Source of the DNA: Amoebophrya sp. A120
Taxonomy: Eukaryota; Protista; Dinoflagellata
DNA length: 64,000 nt
Assembly (NCBI GenBank): GCA_905178155.1
Contig: CAJINV010000013.1
Location: forward strand, 3,250,823 to 3,314,822
Direction: 5' to 3'
This document shows, one piece after another, positions 36,758-49,200 of this stretch; positions within the stretch are counted from its first letter, which is position 1, and each line of letters begins with the position of its first letter. Made by a program: the position numbers and the translations under genes. The notes under the pieces are model-generated. The model did not search any database. It saw only the letters and a program-made list of their open reading frames with translations, and was not told the DNA's origin.

Positions 36758-39700
36758 ATGATATTCAATCGGCACGGGTCGCCGCACTATTCGCCGCGGT
36801 CGACGGCCCGGTCGAGCGTAAAGTCCGATCAGGAGGAGGTGGAGCCAGACCGGATGAAGCCTCTGTACTCCCCCAGCCCAAAAACCAGCAAGACCGAGCT
36901 CTGTGCGCGGATTGACGAACTACAGACGGAAAACGACAAGCTGCGAGAAATGCTCCACAGCTGGCGGGAATGGTAGATAGAACAGAACCAGAAGTAAAAT
37001 GAATTACTATTACACTCACGTCTCAGCATCAAGCTGCGGCGACATAATTTCATACCGTGCATAAATGTATTCTATTCGCTCTCATAGTAGACACAAGCTA
37101 AGCAGCGCCCAATTATATGCATCTACTTCACTCTGATCACAGGTCAATCTGTTGAAGTCTTGTTCTGAGCAGCATAGAAAGTGACCAGGTGAAACAAGAA
37201 AACTTCTATACATCTCGTCTATTCACTGATATTAAGGTACGAGAAGCACTACAAGGCTCACGTTTTGTACCTGGACGATAAAATCAAAACGCTGTCCAAC
37301 CCGGAGCGACTGGATAAGGCCGAGATCTCGCCCATCAAACGGGCCCCGAGCCCGCCGGCCGCGCCCCCACTCCCGCTATTGTCGGACGATCTGGAGGCCA
37401 GACGGGAGATGGAGAAGTACTACGCGGAGAGAAAGCGCGAAATATTGAGAGGAAAAATCCCCCCTCCCCATATCGAAAAGGTACGTTTTCGAAAATTTGC
37501 GTTGCTGATTTGAGGCCACAAATCACATCTGTCTTGCAAGAACACAAGGGCAGAAGCTTCCGCCCCATTATGGAAGCGATTTGTCATGCTGTTGGGCCTA
37601 GTAAAGGGGAGCCGTTTGCCATGCTGAGCAACTAGACCCATACGCCCCTGCTTAGCCTGGGGATCTGGCCGCAGTGCCTTCCTGCAATACAAAGCTGATT
37701 TGTGTACACAAATCCAGCATCAGAAATTGCGTTCTGATATGGGGAGGGGGGAGCTTTCCTTGCAATAAGAAAAGTACTACAACGACACCACCATGAAGGG
37801 GTCGCGCCGCGAGAAGCAGTTTGAGGAGTTTCTGCAGCGGCAGACCACGTCCGCCTACCGAAGTGCGCGGGAGGCGGCGTTAGAAAACCGCAAGCATGTG
37901 GACGCGATGAACCCGAACAACACCGCGGGATTGGGCCAGCAGGGCAAGCAGTTCCGGAAGAATTTGATCCGACGATATGGGTCCATCCGAAAGGGCTGGA
38001 ACGAGGCCCTGGACCCGCTGGGCCAGGGAAAGCTGGGGTTCACCGAATTTTGTTCCGCCGTGCGGACCATGGGATTTGACAGCAACATGAAGGCACTGTG
38101 GGAGGAGCTGTGCGCCGCGGCCGCCACGGTCAAGTCGCAGGCCATGCACAACCAGACCCAGAACGGGTTCGGGAACATGAGTCAGCCGCCGAAGGTGACC
38201 GCAAACCAAATCCACCACGTCGGGCTGTCCGAAGTGGACCCGAAGGGCGCGAAGGCAACGAAGGACCTAAAGTTTTTTATGATCGACACCTATGGAAGCA
38301 TTTTGCTAAGCACTGCAAAAGCATCTACTTCACACGACGGCGACGGGTCTAAATTGCATTATATAAATTTTTTGGAAGTACAAAAACAAAAAGGAAAAAT
38401 TTGAATATTATGCTGGAAAAGACACTTGATAGTAACTGAATTTGAGTACTTCATGCTATCGCTATGCAATTGGCTTTGGCATGAAACGATAACGACTACG
38501 ATAGTGCTTTTGCACAGCATATCAGCGGGCCTGGAATCAGTTCGTGGACCCGCACAACACGGACAAGGTCAAGATAAACGACTTCGTAGCCGCCGTCACC
38601 AGCTTTAGCGCGTTTCCGGAGCAGGAAGCGAAGAAAGTGTGGTCGCACGTAAACACCAACGGCTTGGAAGAACTCGGGGCAAGTAGCGGCTACATCACGC
38701 TGAAGGACTTCTGCGAGGAGTCTGCCATCGCAAAAGCAAAGGGCTTGCAGGACTCTTTCGCGACCATTGAGACGCCGAAGAAGGGACGGCCATTGGGCGG
38801 CAGTGTCAGTCCGGCCATGTCCCCGATGCGCATGACCGGCGGATCCAGTGTGTTAGGCGGCGGGGGCGGAAGTACTTCTAGTTTTTGCTGTTTCATCGAC
38901 TCACTTCACCTGTTCACATGGCATGTGGTTTTCAATTTCATCTTGCACAACTCACATCACAATAACACCACCTACAGGCACGACGCGTGGTAGTGGTGGA
39001 TTTTTTCAATCGTCACCCTCAAAGTCTGGTATGCAGTCTTATCCGGGAAACCGAACTATCTCTCTCCACCATGCGCTCACAATATTTGTCGGGCTGTTCG
39101 AACTCGTCTGGGACGAGGCGATTTGTTGTCATGCTTCGTGAGGAGACAATATGTAATGTTGATAGTACGCAATTTTGAAACCCATCGTCGGCTACTTTAT
39201 TCTTGTCCACCGATTTCCTTGTCGTGCAGCATCGTGACAAATATTAGAGCACCAATTGAAAATCCCATATGCCACCCCAAACCTTGACGCAGTCCTCCTG
39301 GCCGACTTTGGTCCCACCCCCCTTGCCCGACAGCACGCAAACCGACTACGCACACCTTCCCGACCCGAACTACAACCCGTGCAAGGTGACCCAGTCGTTC
39401 CTCGGGACGTTGCGGCGCAAATACAAATCCGTCCGCGACGCCTGGTACAAGGCATTAGACCCGAAGTATCAGAAGGAAAAATCCCCCCTCCCCAGATCGA
39501 AACGAAATTTCTGATGCTGGATTTGCGTACACAAATCAGATTTGTCTTGCAGTAGAGGACTGCAGGCCCATATGTATCGTGCCGGAGTTGAAAGGTTTTG
39601 GCCTGGGCACTTAGCATGAGGAACGTCTATGCTGTACTAGGCCCAACAGCATTTGCATTACATAATGGGGCGGAGCGTGTGGTGTTGCTTTCTTAATTCT

Positions 39701-42008
39701 TACATCACAGATGCGATTTGTGGTCAAAAATCAGCATGACAGCGTGCCTTATCGAGAGGGGAAGGGGGAATTTTTCCGTACCATACGAAGGGGAAGAACA
39801 TGCTCACCTTTGACGAATTCAACGAGAACTGTAAAACGCGGCTTCGGTACTACGGAAACGTGGACCGGGTGTTCAAAACGTTGGATTACCAAAATTCCGG
39901 CATGGTGTCCATGTCGGACCTGAACCCGCGGGCGCACGAGTGCCTGCGCGACATCCAGTTCCAGCTCGTCCAGCGATTCGGGAACATCTTGGACGCCTTT
40001 CACCCCTTCCACATCGGCACCAGCAACGAGTTGGATTTGGAGTCCTTTGCGCGGATGCTGCAGCCCTTTCAGTTCAAAGATTTTGACGTGAAGAACGTGT
40101 TCGAATGGATGGACTTGCTGGACAAGAAGCGCATTCGGGGACAGGCCGTGGAATTCGCAAAAGTCGGGGCACCCAGCAAACTCACCCGGTACGCCCGGCA
40201 CAGCGCAGAAAGGAATCAGGATGACGTATGTTCTTGCTGGGATGATCTTTTGTCTTAGTTTCATGTCGTTGGTTCTCTACAAGCAAGTGCGAATGCAGAC
40301 CCCACAATTTTTTTTCGCTTCGATAGGAATCAATCAATTATTCAGTGGGCAGATTAGATTGCTGCAACACGTCGTGAACATGCGTGACACGACGCTTAGC
40401 AATACCCATCATGATCAACGTATTATTTCATGCCAGGTCCACATGAGGTGGTCGACCGAGCAGGACTTTCCGCCGCCGGGGGAAAACCCCGTAAACGAGG
40501 AAACCGGTGAGCCGCTCCACGATCCTTCCCTCTTGAAGGTGACGCTGAAAGATCCTCTGTCACCCTCGGACGCGGAGCGTCTTGCGAGCGACGACTTTCA
40601 ACAGCAGGACACGTCTGTGCCGGAACCGCAGCTGATCACAAAGCGCCGCGGGGCTGCCTCGCCACCCAACGGCTCACCCCGGCCGGCGAGCGGCGGGTCC
40701 GGGGCGGGAGCACAATCGGACAAAAAATCCACCGGTTCGACGCAAGGAGAGGGAGCTGCCAGTAAGAAGAACGGTGGTAGTGCGAAATCCTCGCCGAAGT
40801 CAAAATCTGCCTCGCCCAAATCCTCGCCGAAGAGCTCGCCCAAGGGTTCGCCCGCGGAGCCGAGGTCCGGGGCCACCAGTCCCGCGCGACCAGCGAGCTC
40901 GGCGTCGCAGCACAGACCAACAGCGGATCAGAACGGGGAAAGAATGCCGACGCCACCGACTGGCGAGGTGGGCTAACATAAATTTAAATATGATGGATGA
41001 CTCAGCTTTGTATATTGTTTCTTTGGATTTTAACGCATTCTAGCTGAACAATTAAGTAGTAGCAGACTTGTTTAGTTTCAACACTTTCAGCTTCCCGATC
41101 GGGGATGGTATGGCATGATTTTTCATCCCCTAACCTCCCTCCATCAGGTCGTAGCCGCGGGGGAAATGAACAGCGGCGATGTAGTCGCGCCAGGGAGTGA
41201 AGACACCGGCGCCCCATCCGGTAGCGAGCCCGGCGTAATTGTGGTACCGGCCCACAAAAAGGTGGAATTCGGCAAGAAGCCCTACCCACCGACCTACACG
41301 CCGGAATGCATCAGCTTGCTCACGTTGTGCACCGAGAGGTACGGCAGCTTGAAGGCAGCTTGGGCGGAGGTAAGTATAATGTTTATGACTATACTAAATT
41401 CCTGACACTGAGACTGACGTGCATCTGTGGATCTGCAGCGAAATTCGCCCGTCAAGCCACGACGATGATAATCATACGATGTTGCTTGATCTATTAGTTC
41501 TGGTTTTTCCTAATTTTGGGAAGATATTGGTTGCAACAGCACAGTATCATCGTATCTTGATCAGGCCTTGGCTCCGAACGGCGAGCACGAGATCGACTTT
41601 GTGCAGTTTTGCCGGGGTATGCGGAAGCTGGAATACGAGGGGAACTTGAAGAACACGTGGGACTCGATGGGGCAGGCGGAGCACAACATGGCGATGCAGA
41701 TCACGGACCTGAACCCGGAGATTGAGGCCCTGTTTCAGCAGTGGAAGCAGCCGCGGATGCACAAGTTGGTGGACGGCAACGTCACGTTCGAGAACGCGTG
41801 GCGCGACCACATGGGCAGCGAGCACGCGGTCGGTATCTCCTGCTATGACATGATCCAGTGGCTCACGGAGGACAACATGATGACCCCGACGGAAGCGGAA
41901 ACCGTATGCGAGTGGTTGGACTCCAAGGGCGATTTGTCGACGCGGAACTACCTTACCGTCGCGGAATTGGACGCTGGGCTCGGGCGAAAGCTCATTCTCC
42001 CACAGTAA
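36758..42008 (+). CDS. Large multi-EF-hand-like repeat protein (~1,060 aa, 10 exons)
   Basis: Repeated units such as RRYGSIRKGWNEALDPLGQGKLGFTEFC, RKYKSVRDAWYKALDPKGKNMLTFDEF, LDYQNSGMVSMSDL. GT-AG introns 36973-37236, 38872-38977, 40226-40436, 40968-41147, 41370-41564; four non-canonical introns; spliced length divisible by 3. Confidence 0.8.
37443..37767. mobile_element. IR introner, 325 bp, flanks CGAAA/AGAAA
   Basis: 32-bp TIR tattgagaggaaaaatcccccctccccatatc (4 mismatches); removal gives RKREKYYNDTTMKG. Confidence 0.9.
38307..38521. mobile_element. Degenerate IR introner
   Basis: IR taagcactgcaaaagca vs tatgctgtgcaaaagca; removing element + 5 nt gives YGSILRAWNQF, matching the spacing of the other repeats in this protein. 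Confidence 0.7.
39467..39785. mobile_element. IR introner, 319 bp, perfect DR CGAAG; inverted relative of 37443-37767
   Basis: TIR ggaaaaatcccccctcccc; internal blocks are reverse complements of those in 37443-37767; removal gives LDPKGKNMLTFDEF. Confidence 0.92.
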
Positions 42009-43511
42009 CAAGCAGGTGAAGTACTAAGAATAAAGAATCTTGTTTCTGAAAGATCATCGGTTTATAAGTGTCTGTGAAAACCGATCTCGAACGTGAAGTA
42101 CACGCAAAGTTTATAGTTTATGTCGCTCTTCTAGAAGTTAACATTCTATCAGAAACTACTATACTAGCTTAGATGTAGCACGAATCAAAAAGTTTTTATA
42201 ATGACCACTACATGATTCTTGGTGCTGGCATCACAAGAACATGGATTCAACGCTCACGCAGTGGAAATCGAAATGCAATTCAAATTGTCTTTCGAATCTT
42301 TTTTCTGAATTACTCCAGCTGCTCTAGCAAGATGTTTTCTTTTTTGTCATTGTCGTTTCAGCACCCAGTTGTTATTCTCTATCGGAAAAAGTTTAAGTTT
42401 GGTCGAACTCGATTTGCGAATGTACAAAGTATGCGTTGCAGTTTGTTTAACACCGAATAGACTACTAGACGTGCTGCTCTTGGGTTGTATCTCTGATGTA
42501 TAAAAATCGTTTTGAATCATGCAACATAGACTGAGTCATGATTTTTCCTCAAAACTGTACATTATGAAGGTTTCTTTTGTGATTTTGGAAGAAGAAAATA
42601 TAAAAACGAAGAGGAGACTCCGTCGAGCAAATAGCGCGAGCGAAGGCGTTTGTTCGACTGCTGCAAATAATCGGCTCTGTCGATTGGCTAGCGTGGCTGT
42701 GCCGACACTGAATATAAGGGAATCTTCGTGTTTCTAGCGCTCGCCCAAACTGCCGTCAGGTGAAAGTTATCATGATGGGCACTCAGCCGCAGCCAGAGCG
42801 GCCACGACCTTCATTTTGCCACGTAGTTGTACGTAGTAGTTTCGTGACTTGTCGTGCGTAGCCGCGGCTCAGCGATGCAAATTGCCTCATTGTCATTGTT
42901 AGCATTGCTGGACTTGCCGTGCGTGACCGTGTCAGTGTCTACCGAATACCGCCGCCGCCGGGACTCAGGCTGCCGCCGTGATGGAAAAGTTGGCGCTTCG
43001 CACGTGTCCACTGAACGGGGAGATGATGACAAGTTCTCAGGCATTCCTGCGCGTCGCGGGCGAGGGGATGAAAGAGGCGTCGAATGCTCCTGGCAGCTGG
43101 GACAGCGACCACGCGGCGATCGGAGGAGGTTCGACATATGATGTGGCATCCCGACCTCAGCAGGAAACTCTGGGAGGGAGCTATGATGCAGCGGAATCTC
43201 CTCTACTTGCCGCTCCAGTGCCGTTCGCTTCGGCTGCAGTGGGCGCCACGACACGCACCAGCGACGCGGAAAATTGCAACTGCGTCGAGATTATGCATTG
43301 CAAAAGTGATCATGAATGTCCGGAGGCCAATAAAATCGCGTATGATGAAAATAAATTGCACGGACATTCCACTTCTTGATTAGAATTCGAAAGTTGACAA
43401 GTAGTACGTAAAAAAATACACTTACAGCGGTAAAAAAGTTTGCGTATGATGAAATCTAAAAGCAAGGAATTCTCCTACACGGAACTGATCCATCTTTTGC
43501 ACCGGATACAC

Positions 43512-44510
43512 ATGAACGAGGGCAGCGACTGTGTGGAGCTATCCGCGATTTGGGAACAAAACGACTGTTGTGACCATATGAGCGACGCAAGCGATAAATC
43601 GGCGGCCGAACAAAATGCTGAAGATGCTGAGGAGGCCAAACGCATGGCTGATCTGTGCTCCAAGCTAGAGGCCCAGGGGCACAAAATCACGGAGCGGAAC
43701 CGAGTCGAAGCAGGCGAGGAGTCGATCTACACCTGCGATTTGCGGGAACTGCACGAGTGTCCGAAGAGCCGTAGTCGTGGGGGGTATAGCAGGCGCCGCA
43801 TGCATGCGTGCACCCTCTTCAGCCGGCGCCGGTTCTACAGTTCGGCGGCCGTCTTCGCAGGAACGAACTACCAGCTAGCTGCCACCGCGACAAGCAGCCG
43901 GCGGCGAACAGCGGCAGCTGCAGCTTTCTCCAGCTTGGCCGGGCAGTCTCTTGCCCCAACAGATCCAAGTAGAGAACGAGAGGCGCGGTCCCGTGCCCGT
44001 TCCGCGGCGCAGGCACCAGGGCCGGCACCGGCAGCTGCGAGAAGGCGGGCGACAACTGCGGCACCGACGACACCGGCACCGGCAGCTGCGAGAAGGCGGG
44101 CGACAACTACTCCGGCACCGGCACCGACAACTCCGGCGCCGACACCTGCGAGAATGCGAGAGACAACTCCGGCGCCGGCACCTGCGAGAAGGCGGGCGAC
44201 AACTCCGGCGCCGACAACTGCGGCACCGACAACTCCGGCATCGACAACTCCGGTGCCGGCACCGACAACTCCGGCGGCGACAACTGCGGCACCGACAACT
44301 CCGGCAGCGACAACTCCGGCGCCGGCACCGACTACAACTCCGGCGCCGGCACCTGCGACAACTCCGGCACCGGCAACTCCGGCAGCGACAACTTCGGCAC
44401 CCGACAATCGGCGTCGGATCGATTTTTGGCGCAGGCGAGAATCTGACACACGAAGACGATCATCTTCACGGAGACGGAGACTTCTTCCCGGAGGCCGCCG
44501 CACCCGCTAG
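43512..44510 (+). CDS. Cys-containing, mucin-like Thr/Ala/Pro-repeat protein with RRR motifs (3' exon; upstream exons probably in 42.9-43.4 kb)
   Basis: ORF 43440-44510 with several Cys, repeated RRR and PTTPA-type repeats; the 5' structure could not be resolved. Confidence 0.5.
   Translation: MNEGSDCVELSAIWEQNDCCDHMSDASDKSAAEQNAEDAEEAKRMADLCSKLEAQGHKITERNRVEAGEESIYTCDLRELHECPKSRSRGGYSRRRMHACTLFSRRRFYSSAAVFAGTNYQLAATATSSRRRTAAAAAFSSLAGQSLAPTDPSREREARSRARSAAQAPGPAPAAARRRATTAAPTTPAPAAARRRATTTPAPAPTTPAPTPARMRETTPAPAPARRRATTPAPTTAAPTTPASTTPVPAPTTPAATTAAPTTPAATTPAPAPTTTPAPAPATTPAPATPAATTSAPDNRRRIDFWRRRESDTRRRSSSRRRRLLPGGRRTR
44010..44410 (+). repeat. Coding minisatellite, ~15-bp unit cgacaactccggc(a/g)c
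   Basis: Many imperfect copies encoding TTPAP/TTAAP, interspersed with gcgagaaggcgggcg (ARRRA). Confidence 0.9.
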
Positions 44511-44659
44511 AAGAAGAAGCTGCGTCCTGCATGAGTTTTCTCGGAAGAGCATTCTTGACTTGCTGTTCAATAGGGTTCGAATAGCGAATGTACATGCCAC
44601 AACCTCCTGGAGTTCTCACTCTTAAGTGCCTGAACAAGCTATAAATATAATCGGCTTCG

Positions 44660-45075
44660 GTTCGAATCAGATTATCGAAATGAAGTCAGATTATTACAAT
44701 CAGGCTAGTTGTGCAATCAAGTTACTGAATTCAGAATATCACTGAAATCAGGAGTCTGGGTTTGGGTTTGGGGTCTAGGGTTAGGGGTTTCTGGTCGTCG
44801 GCCAGGGCAGCCGCCGCCGGCCGGCCTTACGCCAATCAATGCGCCCCCGCGGCTTGCCCGCTCGTCTGGTTGTGTTCTTTTCCCGTCGTGGTTCTCGTTG
44901 GTCCCGTCGGTCAGCCCCGTGGTCGGCTCGCTGGGCGCGTCACTGATTCCGGCGGACCGCTGGGGCCGCTCGACGTTGGTTCGTTTAGGAACCTGATTGC
45001 ATCTCGTAATCTTATTTCAGTAACCTGATTGCATTTCGTAATCTGATTTCACAATTTGAATTTACACAATCTGAC
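44660..45075. mobile_element. MITE/foldback-like element with modular inverted subterminal repeats and a GC-rich core
   Basis: Left aatcag(a/g)tta-type repeats face right taa(t/c)ctgatt repeats; tgcaatcaagttactgaa (44712) matches the reverse complement of ttcagtaacctgattgca (45016). Exact ends and TSD not determined. Confidence 0.55.
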
Positions 45076-45289
45076 ACGACCAGCGTCCAATATAATCCCA
45101 TATTTTTCCTTTTATTTTTTATTGATTGGTGAATTGCTTTTTCTTTTTCATTTTTACTTTTTCCTAGGGTTCCCCTTCACTTATTCTGCTTCATCCGATT
45201 CTCTGTTGGTCAGATGTGAGTTTTCTCCCGTGTTAAAGGATTTCACTCTCTTGAATTTCTATGAAGGTAGCTCTTGACGGCAGACCGCT

Positions 45290-45342
45290 ATGACCAGATG
45301 GATCTAGTAGCGGTCAGACCGCTACTAGATCCATCTGGTCAT
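45290..45342. repeat. Perfect palindrome, 26-bp arms, 1-nt spacer
   Basis: ATGACCAGATGGATCTAGTAGCGGTC-A-GACCGCTACTAGATCCATCTGGTCAT. Confidence 0.95.
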
Positions 45343-46235
45343 GGTTTCGCTTTTGCATTGAACTTGAGGTGGCTACGCAGATGCACATGAAATTTCAGTA
45401 GTTTTGAAAAGTAGCAAAAGATACAGAAGGAGGTAACCGATCCGATCGACTGCAACGTGGGAAATTCAATTCTGCCTTCCTGTTTATTTTTCGTTGAAAC
45501 CTTAACCTCCCAGCAGGAAGAGTTGCATTACGGGCAAGTAGGCAATGGCCACACTTATCTCATATTCTATCCGTCGTCAGTCACAGTCTCTGTCTGAGTT
45601 CGTTCGCTAATCTTCCTGTTTGTTCTTTGTTCACTCGCGGGCCGTTGCGTTCGGGAGTCATGGTTTCAAAAAGTCGGATCAGAAAAAAATTCTTGTGCTG
45701 ACACGTGGTAACCACGCACTCTTGGTCTTCGATTTTGCAATCGTCTTGCTTTCAGGGCGGCACCGGCTGCGTCGTCAGTATTTGATTTCCACCGTCTGGT
45801 TTCCAGCATCCCATCTGAAGAGTAGTTCTTCGTCTCGTGGGTCTGATTCAATTTGCGTCACGGTGGTCACATATATATCGTCTTCGTGATCCGCCTTCAT
45901 CTCGTGGTCGTATTCGTATACTTAAGGGATTGGGCGCTGTGCTTATTTGTACCTCGCTTGCATGCGCAGTGGGGCTCTACTTTTTATTGGTACGCGATTT
46001 GTCGTGTTGCGGGGCTATTTTCATTTTGATTTTTTGTGGGCCACTACAAATACTACTTCTGCTGGTCCGTACTTACTTTCGTGCATCCGTCGGACTATCT
46101 ATCATAATAGCCTAGCGGATTATCTTCTTGTTCGATAATAGTCGCTTTTTACCTCTCTATTTCTTCACGACTAGTACTCTAGCATGGGACAAGACGCCTT
46201 TTTCTGATGACCAAACCCGAGCAATCCGCTTCACT

Positions 46236-49200
46236 ATGACTTTTCGTCTCATGGCCGCGCGCTTGCAACTTGTTTTCTTTCAAGCCGCATCACTATTATT
46301 CTTATTCTGCAAGAGTACGATCATCCTCCGCGCCAGCACTTTGTTCGCCCCCCCGACGGCTGCGACGCGGACGGAAACGGAACAAATTTTTCACGACCGA
46401 ATCTATCGGGGAGGAAAATTGAGGAACAAAAATGGCTCTGGGTCTTCGTCTTCTGCTGGAAGTCGGAGTCAAATAAAGCACGCCCAACTAGTACACGTCG
46501 ATCCGGCGTTGGTACCATTTCCTTGGTTTCGAAAACTGTCCGTGGCGTTCGGCCAGTGTAGGAACTTCACGCTGATTAACACTCCTACGCTACTGGAAAG
46601 CGTTGTTGATCGGTGGGCGACTTGTCCGGACTACTTGAATTTGGTTGCTCCACGAAACACGACCCCGTCCTACTTTTCGGCCAGTGAGATTATATCAGAA
46701 ATAGACGAGAGCAATAAACATTCCAGACTGCTAAAAGCGGAAACCGGGCAAACACGCACAGGACTGCCAGTTGAAAACACCGTTGTAACTACAGCACTCG
46801 AAAATGACGAGGAAGAGTCTGATGAAGAACGTGAACGAGCGGCCACAGCTGCTGAAGATGTAACCACGGGGACAGAAATAAGAATTTCAGGCAGCGCACA
46901 AGAGCAAGATCAAGAATGGGCCGCTCTGCGCCACCAGTTCTCTCCATTCGGCGTGAGTTTCTTGCGCCTTTACCGCAATACTGTCGAGGTGGACCACGAC
47001 ACCAAAAGTAGGCAGACTGGTGCGGGCGGCAGCAAAAATGCGACACTTCACCGTGTCGATAGTATCAACAAAGGCAGACCGGGCGATGTCCCGGCAGTTG
47101 TGCAGATCGCCGTTCATAGCTGGCCGGAGTTTGAGGTGGTTTTTGTGGAGGTTTCGGACTATGCAAACACGGTCGAAAAGCTCCGGCCCGACCATGTGCT
47201 GCTGGTGGACCAGCAAGATGATGGTAATGAGGCTAAGAATATTGATATCACGAATGTCGGTCGTTCGCCGTCTTTTGCTGTGCCAACAGCTGCCGGCGGT
47301 GGCGGTGGAGTTGTCGCGTCTCCGTCCTCTCTTGGCGTGCTCGATGGACTTGCGGACCTGCTACAGTGTAAACCACGACCACCGAAGTCGAAGATGGGCA
47401 GGAGTGCATCTTCGCCGTCTGCTTCGAGTGAAAACGGTGGAGAAAATGACAGTACAGCTTCAACAGGTCCAGCAGGCGGACGAGGACCAGTACAGTCTCA
47501 GTCGGATTTCCGTCTCACCGATGAGACGGGGCGGTCGTTTGGAAAGGACCTTAAAATTTTGGTATCGCACCGCTCCGAGTTCCAAGAAATACGGATTGTC
47601 GAGACCAGGGTCCTGCTCCAGGCGGCAGAGGACGATGTTTCGGGTGAAGATGATCGGGAGCGCCAAGTATTGCATCAAAGAAGGCAGCACCTCTATGTCG
47701 TCGACAAAAATGTGCTGAAGCAACTGACTTTTTTATCACTGCATGACTTTGGTATCACAGAGGAGCGTGTGAATAGAGGCTAAAAAATAGTATTTTTTCC
47801 GCTTCTGATGGATTTTCTGCAGGAGCATAGGACGCTGAAACTCCTGTCCGTCATGATTTCAATTGGGAACGATGACGAGGAGCTGCGCGTTTGCACTGCA
47901 TACGAATATTTTTATCCTGCAGCTTCAGCAGCTCCATCCTCGTCTGCGAACACTCTTTCCCTACAAACCGAGCGTCGGCTCTACCTGGACCGGTTCCTGC
48001 AATCGAGCACTCGCTGGGAACACTTGTACCACGAGGCTCTGGTCCAGCCCGCGATGCTGACGTTTTATCTGCGGGAGAAGCGGCCCCCAAGGACGGTCCT
48101 GATCTACGGTGGGGGCGAGGGTGCGACCCTGCGGGAAGTGTTGAAGTGGCGAGAAGTGGAGCGAGTGGTCATGATTGACTTGGACCGCGATGTGGTGGAA
48201 ATGAGTAAGAAATACCTACCGAGCATGCACCGCAACGCGTTTGAAGACAGTCGCGCGGAAGTCGTGTTCGCAGACGTTTTTGAGTGGTTGAGGCGGGAAA
48301 AGGTAAATAGTAGCGATTTTCCTCCTACTCAGGACGACAGACGGGGAGGAGCACAAGCACGAGACGGAAACGCGACAGCAGCTGCTGCCGAGCAACATCA
48401 ATCATCATCTGACTCAACATTCGAACTCGTGGTTTATGATCTGGTGGATCCGGACGCCGGTCTTTTCTCCGAACAGATGCTAGCCGAGCTGGTCGACCTG
48501 ACATTCACCAAACACCTGGACCCTGAGCGGGGCATGTTTGCATCGCAAATGGGCGACGCGCCCTCCTGGGAGCAGGTGTTGCGGACCATGGAACGCGACG
48601 AAGAAGGTCGAGGACGCGAAGAGAAGGCTCCACTTCTTCAGGACGAAACTGTTTCTACAACGGCTCCGGGTGATCAAGACAGGATTATGATGAGCAAAGA
48701 AGAACAGCTATTCGAGAACACCTCCACGCCGGCAACCGCTCTTCACCTGGTTCGCGCCTTCGCCAGCCGGGTCGCGCAACACACACAATTTCAGCACTTT
48801 TACGAGCAGTACTCGCCCACATGGAACGTGGGGACCCTGTTTCTGCTCGCGGCGAGAGATGGCAATGTAGCGGAAACGTTTTTCCAACAGGCGGGGGAGG
48901 AAAACGTAGACCGGGCGCTGGCGACGGAAATCTTGGCAGCTGCTCCGCCCGCGAAGCAAGAGAACAAAGTGCAGCCACTCCGGCACTACTGCGGCCGAGT
49001 GCACGCTTTGTATCAGGCGCCTATGGTAGGGCGGGAAGAAAGCTCGTCTTCACTTTCTTTTTGCGGTTTATTGAGGGGAGCGAGAGTATGTAGCAGCACT
49101 TGCATCGAAATATGGTCTTGAAGTGAGCTATCGATCATCTTCAATGTCACTAGAGGTTGCGACTACAGCGAGTGCTTCAAGCGCAGTAGTTGCAGCGATT

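Noticed and set aside
47694-47902. Candidate TATG...CATA introner in the polyamine gene
   Set aside because: The inverted repeat is very weak and +5 removal is out of frame; a GT-AG intron 47667-47822 explains the stop more simply.
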